A stretch of 64,000 bases of DNA from Eledone cirrhosa (GCA_964016885.1 OZ024740.1:42408001-42472000), one strand, 5' to 3'. Positions 30,801 through 45,480 are shown, counted from the first letter of the stretch. Notes: generated by a model from the letters alone, not told the origin. Numbers and translations: made by a program.

Positions 30801-30895
30801 GGACACCGACGGCCGAGCCCAAGCCGCCTCGACGGCCAATTCTGGACGAATTAGACCCAGCCGTCGAAACGGCCCGAGCTCAGCCGTCGGGGTCC
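30801..30895 (-). other. GC-rich ~40-bp RNA-type hairpin inside a 190-bp island in (TA)n
   Basis: Manual pairing: 38 of the first 39 positions pair on the minus strand, 9 of them G-U. Confidence 0.75.
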
Positions 30896-31159
30896 CACTC
30901 GTTCCTATTACCCTCTCTACTACCCTAAGTATTGAGTACTTTGGTGCGTTATGGTCCATCTGGTTCCTAACCACATTTCCTTCGTTATATATATATATAT
31001 ATACATACATACAATATATATATATATATATACATACATACATATATATACATACATACATATATATATATACATACAATATATATACATACATACATAC
31101 ATACATATATACATACATACATATATATATATATACATACATATATATACATACACACA

Positions 31160-31190
<31 letters not shown>

Positions 31191-31210
31191 CGCGTACATA
31201 CAATATATAT

Positions 31211-31245
<35 letters not shown>

Positions 31246-31262
31246 GATAGATATACATACAT

Positions 31263-31337
<75 letters not shown>

Positions 31338-31352
31338 AATATATATATACAC

Positions 31353-31490
31353 AATATATTAATAAATGAAAACTATATTTATAAAACCATAATTATTTTA
31401 TTATATATATTTCAAGGGCGACCAAGGTAAATTATGGTGCGCTTTCATCAGATAAAGTACAGATTTGTTTTATAAATAAATATTGACATT
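31353..31490 (-). repeat. Solo pLTR fragment related to 28500-28620, with HHR core
   Basis: CTGATGA-aagcgcacca...tggtcgccctt-GAAA-tatata. Confidence 0.65.
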
Positions 31491-31532
31491 CACGGAAAAA
31501 AGACAACCTCAACGGTTGAAATTCGCTGGATA

Positions 31533-31624
<92 letters not shown>

Positions 31625-31704
31625 TGTGTGTGTATGCAAAAGGCTGACAGAAATCACAAAGCAAATGACGCAGTACAATGAAGAAATCTATTAGTTTTGC
31701 GTTT

Positions 31705-31772
31705 GTTATAGTAGGAAGAGGGTCTTAATGTTTCGGACGCTAGTCTCTCGTCAGAAAATAGAATGAGAAAGT
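31705..31772 (-). ncRNA. HHR of dispersed family P-J
   Basis: CTGACGA-gagactagcgtcc-GAAA-cat-TA-aga; relatives at 34312-34484 (-), 41006-41180 (+), 49610-49735 (+). Confidence 0.65.
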
Positions 31773-31775
31773 TGT

Positions 31776-31847
<72 letters not shown>

Positions 31848-32449
31848 GTTATGTTGTTGATAACTGGCGGTGGCACCAATGTGAGGACACGATGATATAG
31901 CAGAATCTATATATGATGTATGATATAACAGAGTTTCACTTTTAAAGTGAAACTTCTCTATATCATATATCATATGTATGTACATACCCGTATGTGTTTC
32001 AATGCGTAACATAATGTATATAAGCATCCATCCTAGAATACAAACATTGGAAGCTGCCAATAAAATGCTTATATGTAAAATTAATTTTCCTTATGTATGT
32101 ATATATATACATACATACATAAGGAAACGCAAACGCATGCGCAAACGCATGCGCAAACAGTGACAGAGACAGAGACAGAGACAAAAATAAATAAATAAAT
32201 AAAATAAAAATGGTGTAGGCAATACAATACAACGGGAGGAAACATAATAGTACTAGTGATGATGCCACAGATGTATGACGAAAGAACTTTGATAGACTAT
32301 ATATATATATAATATATTTATATCTGTATTTAACCGATGGTCAATCAATGAAAATCATTGATTGCCAGATAAATTGTCTCTGGAGAAATAAAATATACAG
32401 AAGCGAACCTTAGTTAGTTTCAGAAGATCCCGTTAAAAAAGCTTCACGG

Positions 32450-32670
32450 CACAGGCATTGCTTTGTATCTGGAGATCTCTCTGTACTTGTCGTCACATGG
32501 TACCATGGGCCCAGCAATATGTGTCAATAATTATCACCAGTGTAGTGTTTGTACCAGAGTTTTCAAGTCGCTGGCTGGACTTAAAAGTCACACTCATTCA
32601 GCGCATCGGTAGTGTTCTCCTACATGGATATAAAGTAGTGGCCGTACTCGAAAACGAGTTGGCAGCCACC
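32450..32670 (+). mobile_element. RTE-derived 3' fragment
   Basis: Reverse complement of 26799-27020. Confidence 0.8.
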
Positions 32671-32771
32671 ATATATGTATGTATGTATATATATATGAAT
32701 GTATGTATATATATATGTATGTTTATATATATATTGTATGTATATATATATGTATGTTTATATATATATTG

Positions 32772-32855
<84 letters not shown>

Positions 32856-33003
32856 GTATTTTCCGTTGTGTTGTAATATAAATATTACACACAGTAGATT
32901 ATCAGCTCACGTAGAGTTTGCTCGACGGTTCCAGTTGTAGTTCCAAAAGTAATCCGGAGAAAAATAGAAAGACTTGAATGGATACAGTTTAGTTGAAAGG
33001 AAT

Positions 33004-33123
33004 TTATTGACACGTGTTTCTATAACAGTTACATAACCTAAAACAGCTGCTATCTACAAACTTTTAGTTATGCAGACATTCAATATTTCAATGTTATTAT
33101 TTACTGTCATTTCATCAGAATAA
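33004..33123 (-). ncRNA. Canonical type I HHR with ~91-nt stem II region
   Basis: ttatt-CTGATGA-(atgacagt...actgttat)-GAAA-cacgtg-TC-aataa. Confidence 0.78.
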
Positions 33124-33515
33124 ATAATATATACGCACCATGTTAAACGATGATGATGATGATATATATATATATATATATATATATATCATCATCATCA
33201 TCGTTTAACATGGTGCGTATATATTTTTTGGAGACACCATGTATATATGTATAGTAGAAATAGAACTATACAAACAATTGCCGCAGGAAAGTAAGGGATT
33301 ATAATGATAGTGTGCAATTGACACGCTTTGTAAAGAAATAGCTCGATGTGTTTATATAATATATAAAGCTTTTAAAAGAAGAAAGTTATTAGTGAGGAAG
33401 TTAAGGCATTAACGCTGAGCAATTATAAATAAGAGTATTCAGGGTATCGACGGAATAAAGCGTCCGTATACGGTAGGCCGTTTGAACACTCGATGCTCTC
33501 TTAGAGCAGAGTATG

Positions 33516-33792
33516 ATATCACAGTAAAAAAGAGAATCAGTGTTGCGACGAATGGAATTTATTACAATCGTTTCTCTGGCGACCAGCTCGAGGCATGATC
33601 GATGTGATGATCGAACCTGACTCTGAAAATCTGCTTCGTAGAATCAAGACGTATCTGAGGACCTTGCGATTTTCAGAGTCAGTTTCGATCATCATATCGA
33701 TTTTGCCTCGAGCTGTTCGCCAGAGAAACGATTGTAATATGTCCAATAAATTCTATTTGTCGCAACACTGATTCTCTTTTTTTCTGCGATAT
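33516..33792. repeat. Inverted-repeat pLTR unit containing an HHR (33651-33740, +)
   Basis: Arms ~33516-33631 and ~33669-33792; gtat-CTGAGGA...GAAA-cgattg-TA-atat. Confidence 0.78.
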
Positions 33793-33802
33793 ATATATAT
33801 TG

Positions 33803-34290
<488 letters not shown>

Positions 34291-34556
34291 ATATATTTAT
34301 ATATATATGTATGTAAAAGGTAAACAGAAATAACAACACAATCTGTACAGTATATGTAAGGGATATATTAGGTTAACGCTTGATATAGCAGGAAGAGGGT
34401 CTTAACGTTTCGGACGCTAGCCTTTCACCAGAAGAAAGAATGAGAAATAAGATAGATTGAGGGGACGGGCGGGTTGTAATTGGAAAAAATGTCGTTAGAT
34501 AAAATAGGTCCACACAAATATATATATAGTATGTATGTGTGCGCGTGTGTGTGTGC

Positions 34557-34646
<90 letters not shown>

Positions 34647-34660
34647 GTATATATATACAC

Positions 34661-34745
<85 letters not shown>

Positions 34746-35351
34746 CATATATGCAGTATATATGTAAGTGTGTGCATATATATATGTATATATTTATGTG
34801 TGTGTGTGTGGTCATGCGTGTGCATGAATGTAGCTATGTATGCAGGCGATCATGAATAAGATTGTATAATGTATACAAGCATGTGAGATTTAGCTGTTGT
34901 TTGAAGTGTTAGTTGAATTAATGTTGAGCTAAGAGAATGTACTAAAGGCTGTTCAGATGATATCTCTCTTAAGAAATATCTTTTAAATTAATCGCTCCAT
35001 TACAGAACCTCACTTTCATCTTTGCGTTAAAACACGAACCAGGTGGATTACATTAGTGGATCAATTTTGTCGGGAGTAGTATAGATGATGTCTTAGAACC
35101 CATGGCCACTGGTAATTTCAAATATGATTTGTAGCTTGCCAATTAACTTCATGTTAACAAATACACTTTAGAAACGTATATGAAGGAAAGTCAGGATTTG
35201 ACAAAGAAAAAGAGAAAAACGAAAATATACTTTCGCTCGGAGATTTTCGACGTGAAAAGAGAAAAAAAGCATATTGTATAAATGAGGATAAAATTAGAAG
35301 TTGTATACACCTAACTATCACTCAGTCTATCTATGTAACTGTCTGTCTTCC

Positions 35352-35453
<102 letters not shown>

Positions 35454-35673
35454 AATATATATATATATATATCATAAATCATGTCCTTAGAATTATTAGA
35501 TAAAATATACACCATTTCCTCTCCCAATTAGCATAATTAACCATATAAAAAATCAATTAGACCAGGCTATAAGAAAAAAGGCTCCTATGAAGAAATTTTC
35601 GACAAATACCCGAAACAGGCCATTTCGCGGTTGAAACATATATATCTATGACTTTATGTACATGTAAAACCTT

Positions 35674-35782
<109 letters not shown>

Positions 35783-36030
35783 CTGTGTAAATATATATAT
35801 ATATATAAATGTAATCTGAGTTTTTCGAATATTAATAATATTATTCGATTCGTTTGCAATTATGCAAGCAGGCCTCATTTTTAAAGCAATGTCAGTTGAG
35901 TGGACCCCTCATTCCTGCTCTTATGTTGGCATGTAAACAGGATTGCAGACACTAATGTTTCTGGGTATCACCCTTCATCAGTACAGCTCACGGTTCACCT
36001 GCCAACTGCCAGAGCTAGTGAAAATATATG

Positions 36031-36087
<57 letters not shown>

Positions 36088-36249
36088 TGTATATATATAT
36101 ATTGTTATACTTTGGGAGGGTCATGTTGCCAATAAGAGACACACGCACCAGTTGCTTTCACTTCAATTTATTATATATTTATAAATTTATAAATTTACAA
36201 ATTTACAAACTTATAAATTTCTGGTTGGTTGGTTGGTTCCACAACCAGA

Positions 36250-37981
36250 CAGCACGGAGGACCTCCTCAGCAGAATCGGCGCGGGTAACCGATCTGGGGA
36301 CCTAACAAACTGCATAATAGGCAGTATGGATGTTGTGTCCCTGTATCCATCTATTGACGTGGATTTTGCTGTGGAGAAATGCGTAGAAATGATCAGCGAG
36401 AGCAAGGTTGAGTTCCGTGGGATTGATACCAGTGAGCTGGGACTTCTACTTAAGCTTACCCATAGTAATAGTTACCTAGACACTTATGACCTTCGCAACC
36501 TGTGCCCTACAAGACCAGCAAGAGGCAGACCACCTACCATTACCTCAATGGCCAAGAAAACCCACACAGATAGATGGAACGGGTGGACCAGAGCCTTACG
36601 GACACCCGAAAACCACGATGAACTGAAGAAAATGATTGCACATGCGGTAGGGGCCAGCATAAAATTAACCCTTAAGGAACATATGTTCAAATTTAATGGT
36701 AAAACATATGCCCAAGAGGAAGGAGCAGCCATTGGTGTTAGCATTGCAGGCGACATAGCTAACTTATTCATGGTATGGTGGGACAATAGACTTAAACAAA
36801 AACTTAATGAACAATTAGAAGACAGCTTAACTCTGATAATGTACTCCCGCTACGTAGATGATATAAACATCGTAGTTAAGACACCCCCACTAAAGAACAG
36901 TCAGGAACTAGAGAAAAACACAATGGAAAGCATCCAGCAAATAGCAAACTCCATCCACCAGAGCATTAGAGTTACTATAGACTACCCAAGTAGACACCCC
37001 AACCATCGATTACCTGTACTAGACACAGAGCTCTGGTTAGATACCATTAACAACCAAAAACAAATCCTCCATTCCCATTATGCCAAACCCATGACTTCCA
37101 AACATCTGATCCACCGAAACTCGGCCATTTCGGACCATACCAAAATCAACATACTGATTGCGGATTTGGTACGGGTGATGAGAAATGTGTCCCGCATGTG
37201 CAACCCCGAAGAACTAGAGAGACACATACAACACTTCATCCACCGTATGCAGTTCTCTGGCTACAATCAGAGAGATAGAATCAAAGTGTATAAAGGAGCC
37301 AGAACCAAATGGGAAAAAATGGTAAATAATGACATAAATGGGACCTGCCCCTTGTATAGGAGCACATTTTGGAATAGAATAGAAAGAACTAGGAACAAGA
37401 CCAATAGAATAAACTCATGGTATGATAGCAATAAATACCAGAGTGTAATGTTCATCAATACAACCCCTAGAGGCGAACTAGCCTACAAATTTAGAAGGGC
37501 CCTAAATAAACATAATCTCAATATTAAGATAGTAGAAAGACCAGGTACCTCCGTAAAAACACTTATTAGCAAGACATACCCGTTCCAAAGACCCTCATGT
37601 ATAGATAAGAAATGTATAACCTGTAAAATAATCCCCCATATTAACTGTAAAACTAGAAATGTAGTGTATAGCATAAGATGTACTGAAGGACAATGTAGAA
37701 ACAACAATATAGTGTACATAGGTGAGACAGCTCGTAGTATAGGGGAACGAATAAATGAACACTGGCGAGACCTCCAAGATAATAAAGAATCATCTGTGCT
37801 CTACCAACATGCTAAGATAGAACACAGGGGTAGATTAGAGAGCATAGAAATAAAAATAGAATCCACACACAGAAAAGACGCAATGTTTAGGCAAATTACA
37901 GAGGCAGTAAGCATAAAAGAATTAAAACCAAAATTAAATAGAAAATATGAGTGGAACAGCAACATCACAACTTACAATTAA
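36250..37981 (+). CDS. PLE RT (from motif A) + GIY-YIG endonuclease, uninterrupted but N-truncated
   Basis: SMDVVSLYPSI, QEEGAAIG, YSRYVDD, LPVLD, CIDKKCITC, NVVYSIRC...YIGETAR, RINEH, EAVSI...PKLN. Confidence 0.9.
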
Positions 37982-38282
37982 GGACAAAATGAAAACACAC
38001 ACAGGACAAAATGAAAACACACACACACATAGAACAAACAACTTACAATTAAGGACAAAATGAAAACACACACAGGACAAAATGAAAACAAACACACACA
38101 TAGAACAAACAACCAACCAACAATAAATAAATAAATAAATAAACAAATAGATAAATGAACACAAACACACACAGACACCCGGATGTGGCGCATGCGCAAA
38201 CTGAGCACACAACACACACACAGAAACAAAATGGCGTAGGATAGAAGAAAGGAAAGGCACAGAAACAAAGAAAGGAATCCCC

Positions 38283-38327
38283 AGTCACTGAAGAGGTCAC
38301 ATAGTGTGTGACGAAAGGACTATGACT
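38283..38327 (+). ncRNA. Minimal type I HHR in the 3' pLTR
   Basis: agtca-CTGAAGA-g-gtcaca tagtg tgtgac-GAAA-ggac-TA-tgact. Confidence 0.78.
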
Positions 38328-38547
38328 ATATATAAACAACTATCTGGTTGTGGAACCAACCAACCAACCAGAAATTTATAAGTTTGTAAATTTGTAAATT
38401 TATAAATTTATAAATATATAATAAATTGAAGTGAAAGCAACTGGTGCGTGTGTTTCTTATTGGCAACATGACCCTCCCAAAGTATAACAATATCGGTTTC
38501 AACACACGATTTCAGATAAAGAATCTTGCTAAACAAATTCAGAAACG

Positions 38548-38621
<74 letters not shown>

Positions 38622-38694
38622 GAAATGTAGTCGATGACTATAATAATAGTTAGTCACTATAAATAATAGTTGGTGGATTCGGGTAAATTACAAC

Positions 38695-38729
<35 letters not shown>

Positions 38730-38786
38730 CCCACACAGAGACATTTCCATCCCGCATATACACACACACATATATACACACACATA

Positions 38787-38842
<56 letters not shown>

Positions 38843-39303
38843 TTTTTGTGAATGTGTCTGTTGATTTTTGGCATACAGTTGATTAGTTTAAGAGAAGTTC
38901 GAAGATAATTGTAAGATATGCACTCAGTATTTTGAATCTGTCTACAGAATTCTCTAGACCTTTGTCACTTAGTAGAACCTTAATGACTTTAGCTTTTAAA
39001 GAATCTCCCTTTTCTTTAATTCTATCGACCATGACTGACCCCCCCACTGATTTTATAGACATCTGTTAGCTTAAGAGAATCTTAATGACAAGGAATGGTA
39101 TGCCATCCGGAACCTGTTTATAGAATTCTGTCTGCCCTTGTTACTCTAAAAACATAAATAAATAAAAATAAACTATAGCTTTGTAGAATTAACTTTTAAT
39201 GAATTCCCTTTTCTATCAACCAATGACCTACACCCATCCCACTCCCCACCCTCTCCTACCACTTGTAGAGACCTATAAATACCATTTTTATTTTTTGATA
39301 CCC

Positions 39304-39354
39304 AGATTCCTGATGATTTCTAATGAATGAAACAGTTCTAGTCCTGTAGAATCT
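39304..39354 (+). ncRNA. Canonical type I HHR in an orphan pLTR remnant
   Basis: agattc-CTGATGA-tttctaatgaat-GAAA-cag ttctagtc ctg-TA-gaatct; TATAAA at ~39274. Confidence 0.8.
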
Positions 39355-39373
39355 CTTCTATATTAAAACTATA

Positions 39374-39520
<147 letters not shown>

Positions 39521-40841
39521 GTGTATTTTTGTGTTTTCTTTTGCGTGTTTATGTAGGTGAGGTTATTTGTGGGAGTCTATGTTTACGTTTACTGTTCATT
39601 CATCCGATAATTGGCGTTTCGATAAATAGAGATCGATACAATGCATATCAAATTTGAAACATTAATATGATCAATTAATTCCCACAGATGCGTAATCTAA
39701 AACATGTACAAGAATAACAGGATATACCCAATCTGTAACTTTATTGAATTCATCATTCGTAATGGATAACACAATATAACTTATTCTTTATTTCAAATGA
39801 TGGACTTGTGTTAGAAACGTTAGATTTATCACTTTTCACGACAGGAACTCTACGAAAGCTCAATTCTGGCCCTCGGAGACCATCAGAAAAATGTTCGGAT
39901 TCGAAATGTTATCGTATAAACGGAAGATATGATTGAAAAAGTGAAATTTGAGTGTAAATACCACATACATAACATAGTGATAGGATATCATCAATATACT
40001 AACTGCCGGTACTTCTATAGCACTGTGGTCACACAAGGACACACCTTTGGCAAAAACCTTATTCAACGTTTAAATGAATATAATTAAAGTGAAATGCAAT
40101 AACAGTGGATAAGTTAAAGAGATGTAAAGACTTGGTAATAAGAGAAAACAAACAAATTATGAATCTTTATTGTTCTAGTTTTCCATTATGTCTGTATAAA
40201 ACTAATTACAATTATAATTTTTACAATTTTGAAATTTATACAAAGAAATAAAATCAGAAATCCTTTATATATTCTCAATTCATTAAGTGATAAATAATTG
40301 AAATTTTAAATGCCCAGAACTATAGAATAATAATTATCCTTAGAAAAATGACAGGATATTTTGCTGCAAGATATTCAAACAAGACAGAGAGCTAGAAATA
40401 GAGAAAGCCAAGGGAGGTTAAAAAAAAAAGCATAAATAAAATAAAAAAAATGGAAAACAATGGAAGCTGTAAAACAGCTAAGTCTTCTGTTGAATCTTTT
40501 CATAGCCTCCATATACTAAAGATCTTGTTTGCAGTTCGTAGATCTTTGACAATATATTGTACATCTAATTTTATGGATGAGCTTCAAGATGTTATCTCTC
40601 TGAGACTGATAGTTGCTTCAAAGGAACAAATCGTTCCACAGGGCAGTCTCCACAAGAATACAGACGTGATTCTATACGACCTGTTCAAATCCAGCATAGC
40701 CTTTGTTTATTAATTTATTAACATTATTCAGCGTCTGATATATTTTAAATGTAGACATATATGGCTTAGATAGTGGAGGATTCAAATTCAAGAGCTTATC
40801 TCTAGATTCTTCACAAAGGTTTCCACACGCTCGACTAATTA

Positions 40842-40985
40842 TATATACATTATAAATAACAACCAAAGAGTGTTTAAAACACTCTTTGGTTGTTATTTAT
40901 AATGTATTTCGGCTCTGTAATATACTTATTATTTTACATTGAGCTATTCCCATACATGTAATTGGATATTTAATATTACCCACAT
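40842..40985 (+). repeat. Short Naiad-pLTR fold-back (centre 40876) with tail
   Basis: ATACATTATAAATAACAACCAAAGAGTGTTT-A-AAACACTCTTTGG...; CTCTGTAA...TTTACATTGAGCTA as in 18923-18960. Confidence 0.75.
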
Positions 40986-41215
40986 TATATATATATATAT
41001 ATATATTCCAATTCCAACCCGCCCGTCCCCTCAATCTATCTTATTTCTCATTCTTTCTTCTGTTGAAGGACTAGCGTCCGAAACGTTAAGACTCTCTTCC
41101 TGCTATATCAAGCGTTAACCTAATATATCCCTTCCATATACTGTACCGATTGTGTTGTTATTTTTGTTTACCTTTTACGTATATATATATATGTATATAT
41201 ATATATAATATATAT

Positions 41216-41258
<43 letters not shown>

Positions 41259-42951
41259 GGGGGAGAGAGAGAGAGAGAGAGAGGGTAGAACACTGGAAGA
41301 TAATATCCGTAGTAGTAGAGTACTCAGTCCATGGGACGAGTTTGGTAGAAATAGTAAGACAACAGTTTGTTCTCCATACCGAGAACAATTGTTTCACCTT
41401 AGCGGATCTTATATATATATGTATATATAACCACCCATTTTCAGCGTTTTTTTGTTGTTGACAACGTTCCAAATGCGTTCAGCGGGGTTCTCGTTATCTT
41501 TTTTTCCTAGCTGTGCCTCCTCTCGTGGACTCTAAATCGCTGATCACACAATCTGGACTGAAGCCGCGTTGTTGAATACTGTAAGAACTGGGTGGGGGTG
41601 TAATGAAGGTGCTCTTTCGTTGAAACAGTTTACACATGAACAAGCTGAAGGGAAAAGAAACACGATAAAGAGTAATTAGCAAATTCTTTATACTCAAAAA
41701 CCTTTCGCTTTGACTACTATAGCAGAACATATAAATGCATTAAGGAAACCCAAACAAATGAATTGAAAGAGTAACGGATAATGAATCGAGGGGCTTGATA
41801 ACTTAAACCCGTCACTGACAATGCTTTCAACAGTATTGTCAATCTCGCAAGCAGTTTAATTAGTCTGCAATATATACAAGTATATAAAGCGGCGACAGAA
41901 CAAATACATATAATACACTTGAATATTAAGGTATTGCAGTGCGGACAGCTACAACTGTAACTGTAACACTGTTATATTGAGGAATGATTTATAGGCTGAA
42001 TTGGCTGAGTAGAAGTCCATTCATAATGACAGTATTTTTCTGTGGAGAGGATACATGTTTATGTGAAAGGAAATAATCTTTTAAAATAACCGAAGACCAG
42101 GAATGTTAATTGAATCGATTCTAATATGTGATTGGTACTTATAATTGATTTGGATGGCTCGGTCGGAGTTATGGACGTTTCAACGCATACTAAAAGATGT
42201 TTAACCCTATGTCTATGGAAGAATGCAGTATGGTGTATATTACCATAACGCACCAGATCGTAGGATTAGAATAGAAATTGGAATCTGCATTCACGTGACT
42301 GAGTGAAATAATGTGTTATGGTTGCTGGCTCTTATGTTATTACCGGTGTGGTATTGTTGATGTAGTTTAGCTCCGGGACAGTTCTAAGGTCAGTGATGTC
42401 TCATTCACGACAAACCCATCCTATTTCTTCGGATATAAATACCCCAGCTCTACATTATCCAATGCACAATTCTATTTTCGTAGGCGATGTTGTGTGAAAT
42501 AATTAAGATGGTACTAGCAATATTAACAACTATGTAGAGATTTATACGGAGGGGTGTAATATAATGAAGATATTTGCAGTCAGAGTGGCTATATAGATTT
42601 AAGAAATAAGGTAAAATAATCGATTAAACTTGATACTCGGTAAAATTGCATGGTCTTGTGTGCCAGTGTGTATTCATATTGACCGACGGAGAAATCCCCA
42701 ATGTAAATTTCAAGGGCCTACTGTTTAAAATCGCTTTTAGGTCCTCGTTAATAACATGTGACACACACATTCTGTTAATTAACGAAAACATTTTCCACTA
42801 AAACAATAGCATACACACACATGCATTGCCCCCCCACCCTATTTATATATGTTTGATGTATGTGTGCATGTATATATAGATGAATGTATGTATGGATGTA
42901 TGCATGTATATATGTATGTATATATCTATCCTATCTATCTATATCTATCTT

Positions 42952-43007
<56 letters not shown>

Positions 43008-43024
43008 CGTGTGTGTGTTTATCC

Positions 43025-43095
<71 letters not shown>

Positions 43096-43197
43096 GTGGT
43101 GCTGAGGCCGAGGAGACCACAAATCAGTGTTGTACCTTATGCAGGTATGAGTTCATATGTGCCTATGTGTTTATGGTTCTACTTACGTATACACGCT

Positions 43198-43229
<32 letters not shown>

Positions 43230-43242
43230 ATATATATATATA

Positions 43243-43748
43243 TAAATTAATAAAAATAATGAATAAATGCAAAGAAACAGTTCCTTACATTAAAAATTCA
43301 TCATTTTACGATCGTTTCCAGGATATATATGTGTCTGTTGGTATGTATATCATATAGATCTATGTAAAATGTTTACAAACTATCAGAGGGAATATACATA
43401 TCTACACATATATATGCTGTCTTCAGAAATAATTTCTGAAGTCAGCATATATATGTGTAGGTATGTATATTCCCTGTGATAGTTTGTAAACATTTTACAT
43501 AGATCTATATGATATACATATCAGCACACACATATATATCCTAGAAACGATCGTAAAATGATGAATTTTTTAATATAGGGAACTGTTTCTTTGTTTTTAT
43601 TCATTATTTTTATTAATTTATCTTGACTCTGTTTTTCTGTGTTTTTCATCGAAAACATTTTGAATACATCTTCTCTTTTCATGATATTTGGATTACATTG
43701 AGTTCTTTATACGGATTGGACACTACCGTACATTTTGGTAGATTTATC

Positions 43749-43752
<4 letters not shown>
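43243..43752. repeat. Fold-back pLTR (centre 43431) with HHR in both arms and a right-hand tail
   Basis: Arms 43243-43430 / 43432-43621; attt-CTGAAGA-(101 nt)-GAAA-cgatcg-TA-aaat at 43303-43430 (-). Confidence 0.87.
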
Positions 43753-43801
<49 letters not shown>

Positions 43802-44090
43802 CCATACACGTATACAATGTATTTTTTTCTTTGATATAATCATTTTGGCAACATGCCAAATCGCTGAAACCAGTAAAACAGAGGAAAAATTATTCAAATA
43901 GGTTTCATAAAAGTAAAAACAAAACAAACAAAACAAACACAAACACAACCCCACCAAATTTGTAATACTTATATTTTTAGCGAATGTCAGGTGATGCTGA
44001 CAAACACGAGTATGAATGTAACGTACGAACTCTCACATGTTAGAGACAGATTAGCTAGCGTTATGTTGATCGTCGTCAAAGATTTTACAA

Positions 44091-44381
44091 CAGGCGTGGG
44101 AAACTTTTTTCTAGAAGCGGGCCGTATGAGATATGGCTCATCATCAGGCAGGCCACAGGCACTAATTTACATTCGTATCTACATTAAAAAAAGGGCGGTA
44201 ACTCAGGTGGTTTTGATTTGTTTCTTCAGAATTTGTACACGTTGTTTTCTTCGATCGTAAAAATGATAGAAAGATAAATTACGACTGAAAAGTTGTGGTA
44301 AAAAAAATCAGAAAGATTTCACTTGTGTGACTTAGGCGAGCCATTCAGAAAGCTTAGCAGGCCACAGGTTGCCCATGACTG
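44091..44381. mobile_element. hAT-type MITE
   Basis: Ends CAGGCGTGGGAAAC / GTTGCCCATGACTG; imperfect 8-bp TSD ttttacaa/gtctacaa; related to 47520-47659. Confidence 0.75.
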
Positions 44382-44670
44382 GTCTACAATCTAACACAAC
44401 ATATTTTAGTTGCTGGTGAAACAAACTATATGAGAATAATTAGCATTTAGGAAGAAAATCAACATTTGGAGGAGGGCGCTATACTTGATGATATAAGCCT
44501 TCATATATTACTGGTAGCTATTCGAACCAGTGATAGTACCTATAGTCAATCATCCTATCGTCTTCAAAAAGGAAGAAACCATTATATAATGTAATCACAG
44601 ATAAAATATTCATATGTCTGATATGGAATATTTGTTGTAACTGTGAACTCATAAGAATAAAATTTAACTA

Positions 44671-44848
44671 CCGTATTTCCCGGCGACGAAGAGGCTACCC
44701 TTTTCCTAAAATAAGTCTCAAAATTCTACCCTGCGTCCTGGAGGCCGAAGGCTGCATTTTTCATTATTACTTTTTTTTTCAAATTTTTGGTTGTCAAAGT
44801 TAGGGTGCGTCGTTGAGGACGAAGCGTCTTCGGCGCCGGGATATATGG
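44671..44848. mobile_element. Tc1/mariner-superfamily MITE
   Basis: TA-CCGTATTTCCCGGCGACGAAGA ... TCTTCGGCGCCGGGATATATGG-TA. Confidence 0.78.
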
Positions 44849-44949
44849 TATGTTATGTTTAATTGTTTGAACTAGATGTACCCAGATTTTTCAAAAAACG
44901 AATGATGTAGACAAAAATAAAAATGAGGTCATTTATTTTTTAGTCAGCC

Positions 44950-45480
44950 TTTAATGTAGTTTTATGTCTGTTGTAATGCAATCATATGTCTAATATAATG
45001 TAGTGTTATGTCCGATATACTATAGACATATGTCTGATATAAAATATCATATGTCTGATATAATTGCAGTCATATGTCTGATACAATGTAGTAATATGTT
45101 GATATAATGTAGTCATATATCTGATATAACGTAGTGTTATGTCAAATATAATATAATGATATGACTGATATAATGTAGTCGCATGTCTGCTATAATGTAG
45201 TCATATGCCTGATAAAATGTAATTATATGTCTGATATAATGTAGTCTTATGTTTTATGTAACGTAGTGTTATGTCTGATATAATATAATGATAAGTCTGA
45301 TATAATGTAATCGTATGTCTTACAAAATGCCTGATAGATTGGTCATATAATTGATGATATAGTCATATGTCTGATAATGTAGGTACGTGTCTGAAAATAT
45401 AGTATTGTCTGATAATGTGGTCTTATGCTTGATATAACGTAGTCCTAAGCTTCATATTATGTCATATATCTGATAATGTT
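44950..45480. repeat. Degenerate ~22-bp minisatellite (TATGTCTGATATAATGTAGTCA)
   Basis: Roughly 20+ diverged units visible. Confidence 0.85.

Larger units (their letters stand above)
36099..38550 (+). mobile_element. 5'-truncated Penelope-like element (Neptune-like Cys linker) with inverted pLTR and tail
   Basis: 36099-36249 is the reverse complement of 38343-38493; tail to 38550; flanked by (TA)n. Confidence 0.92.
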
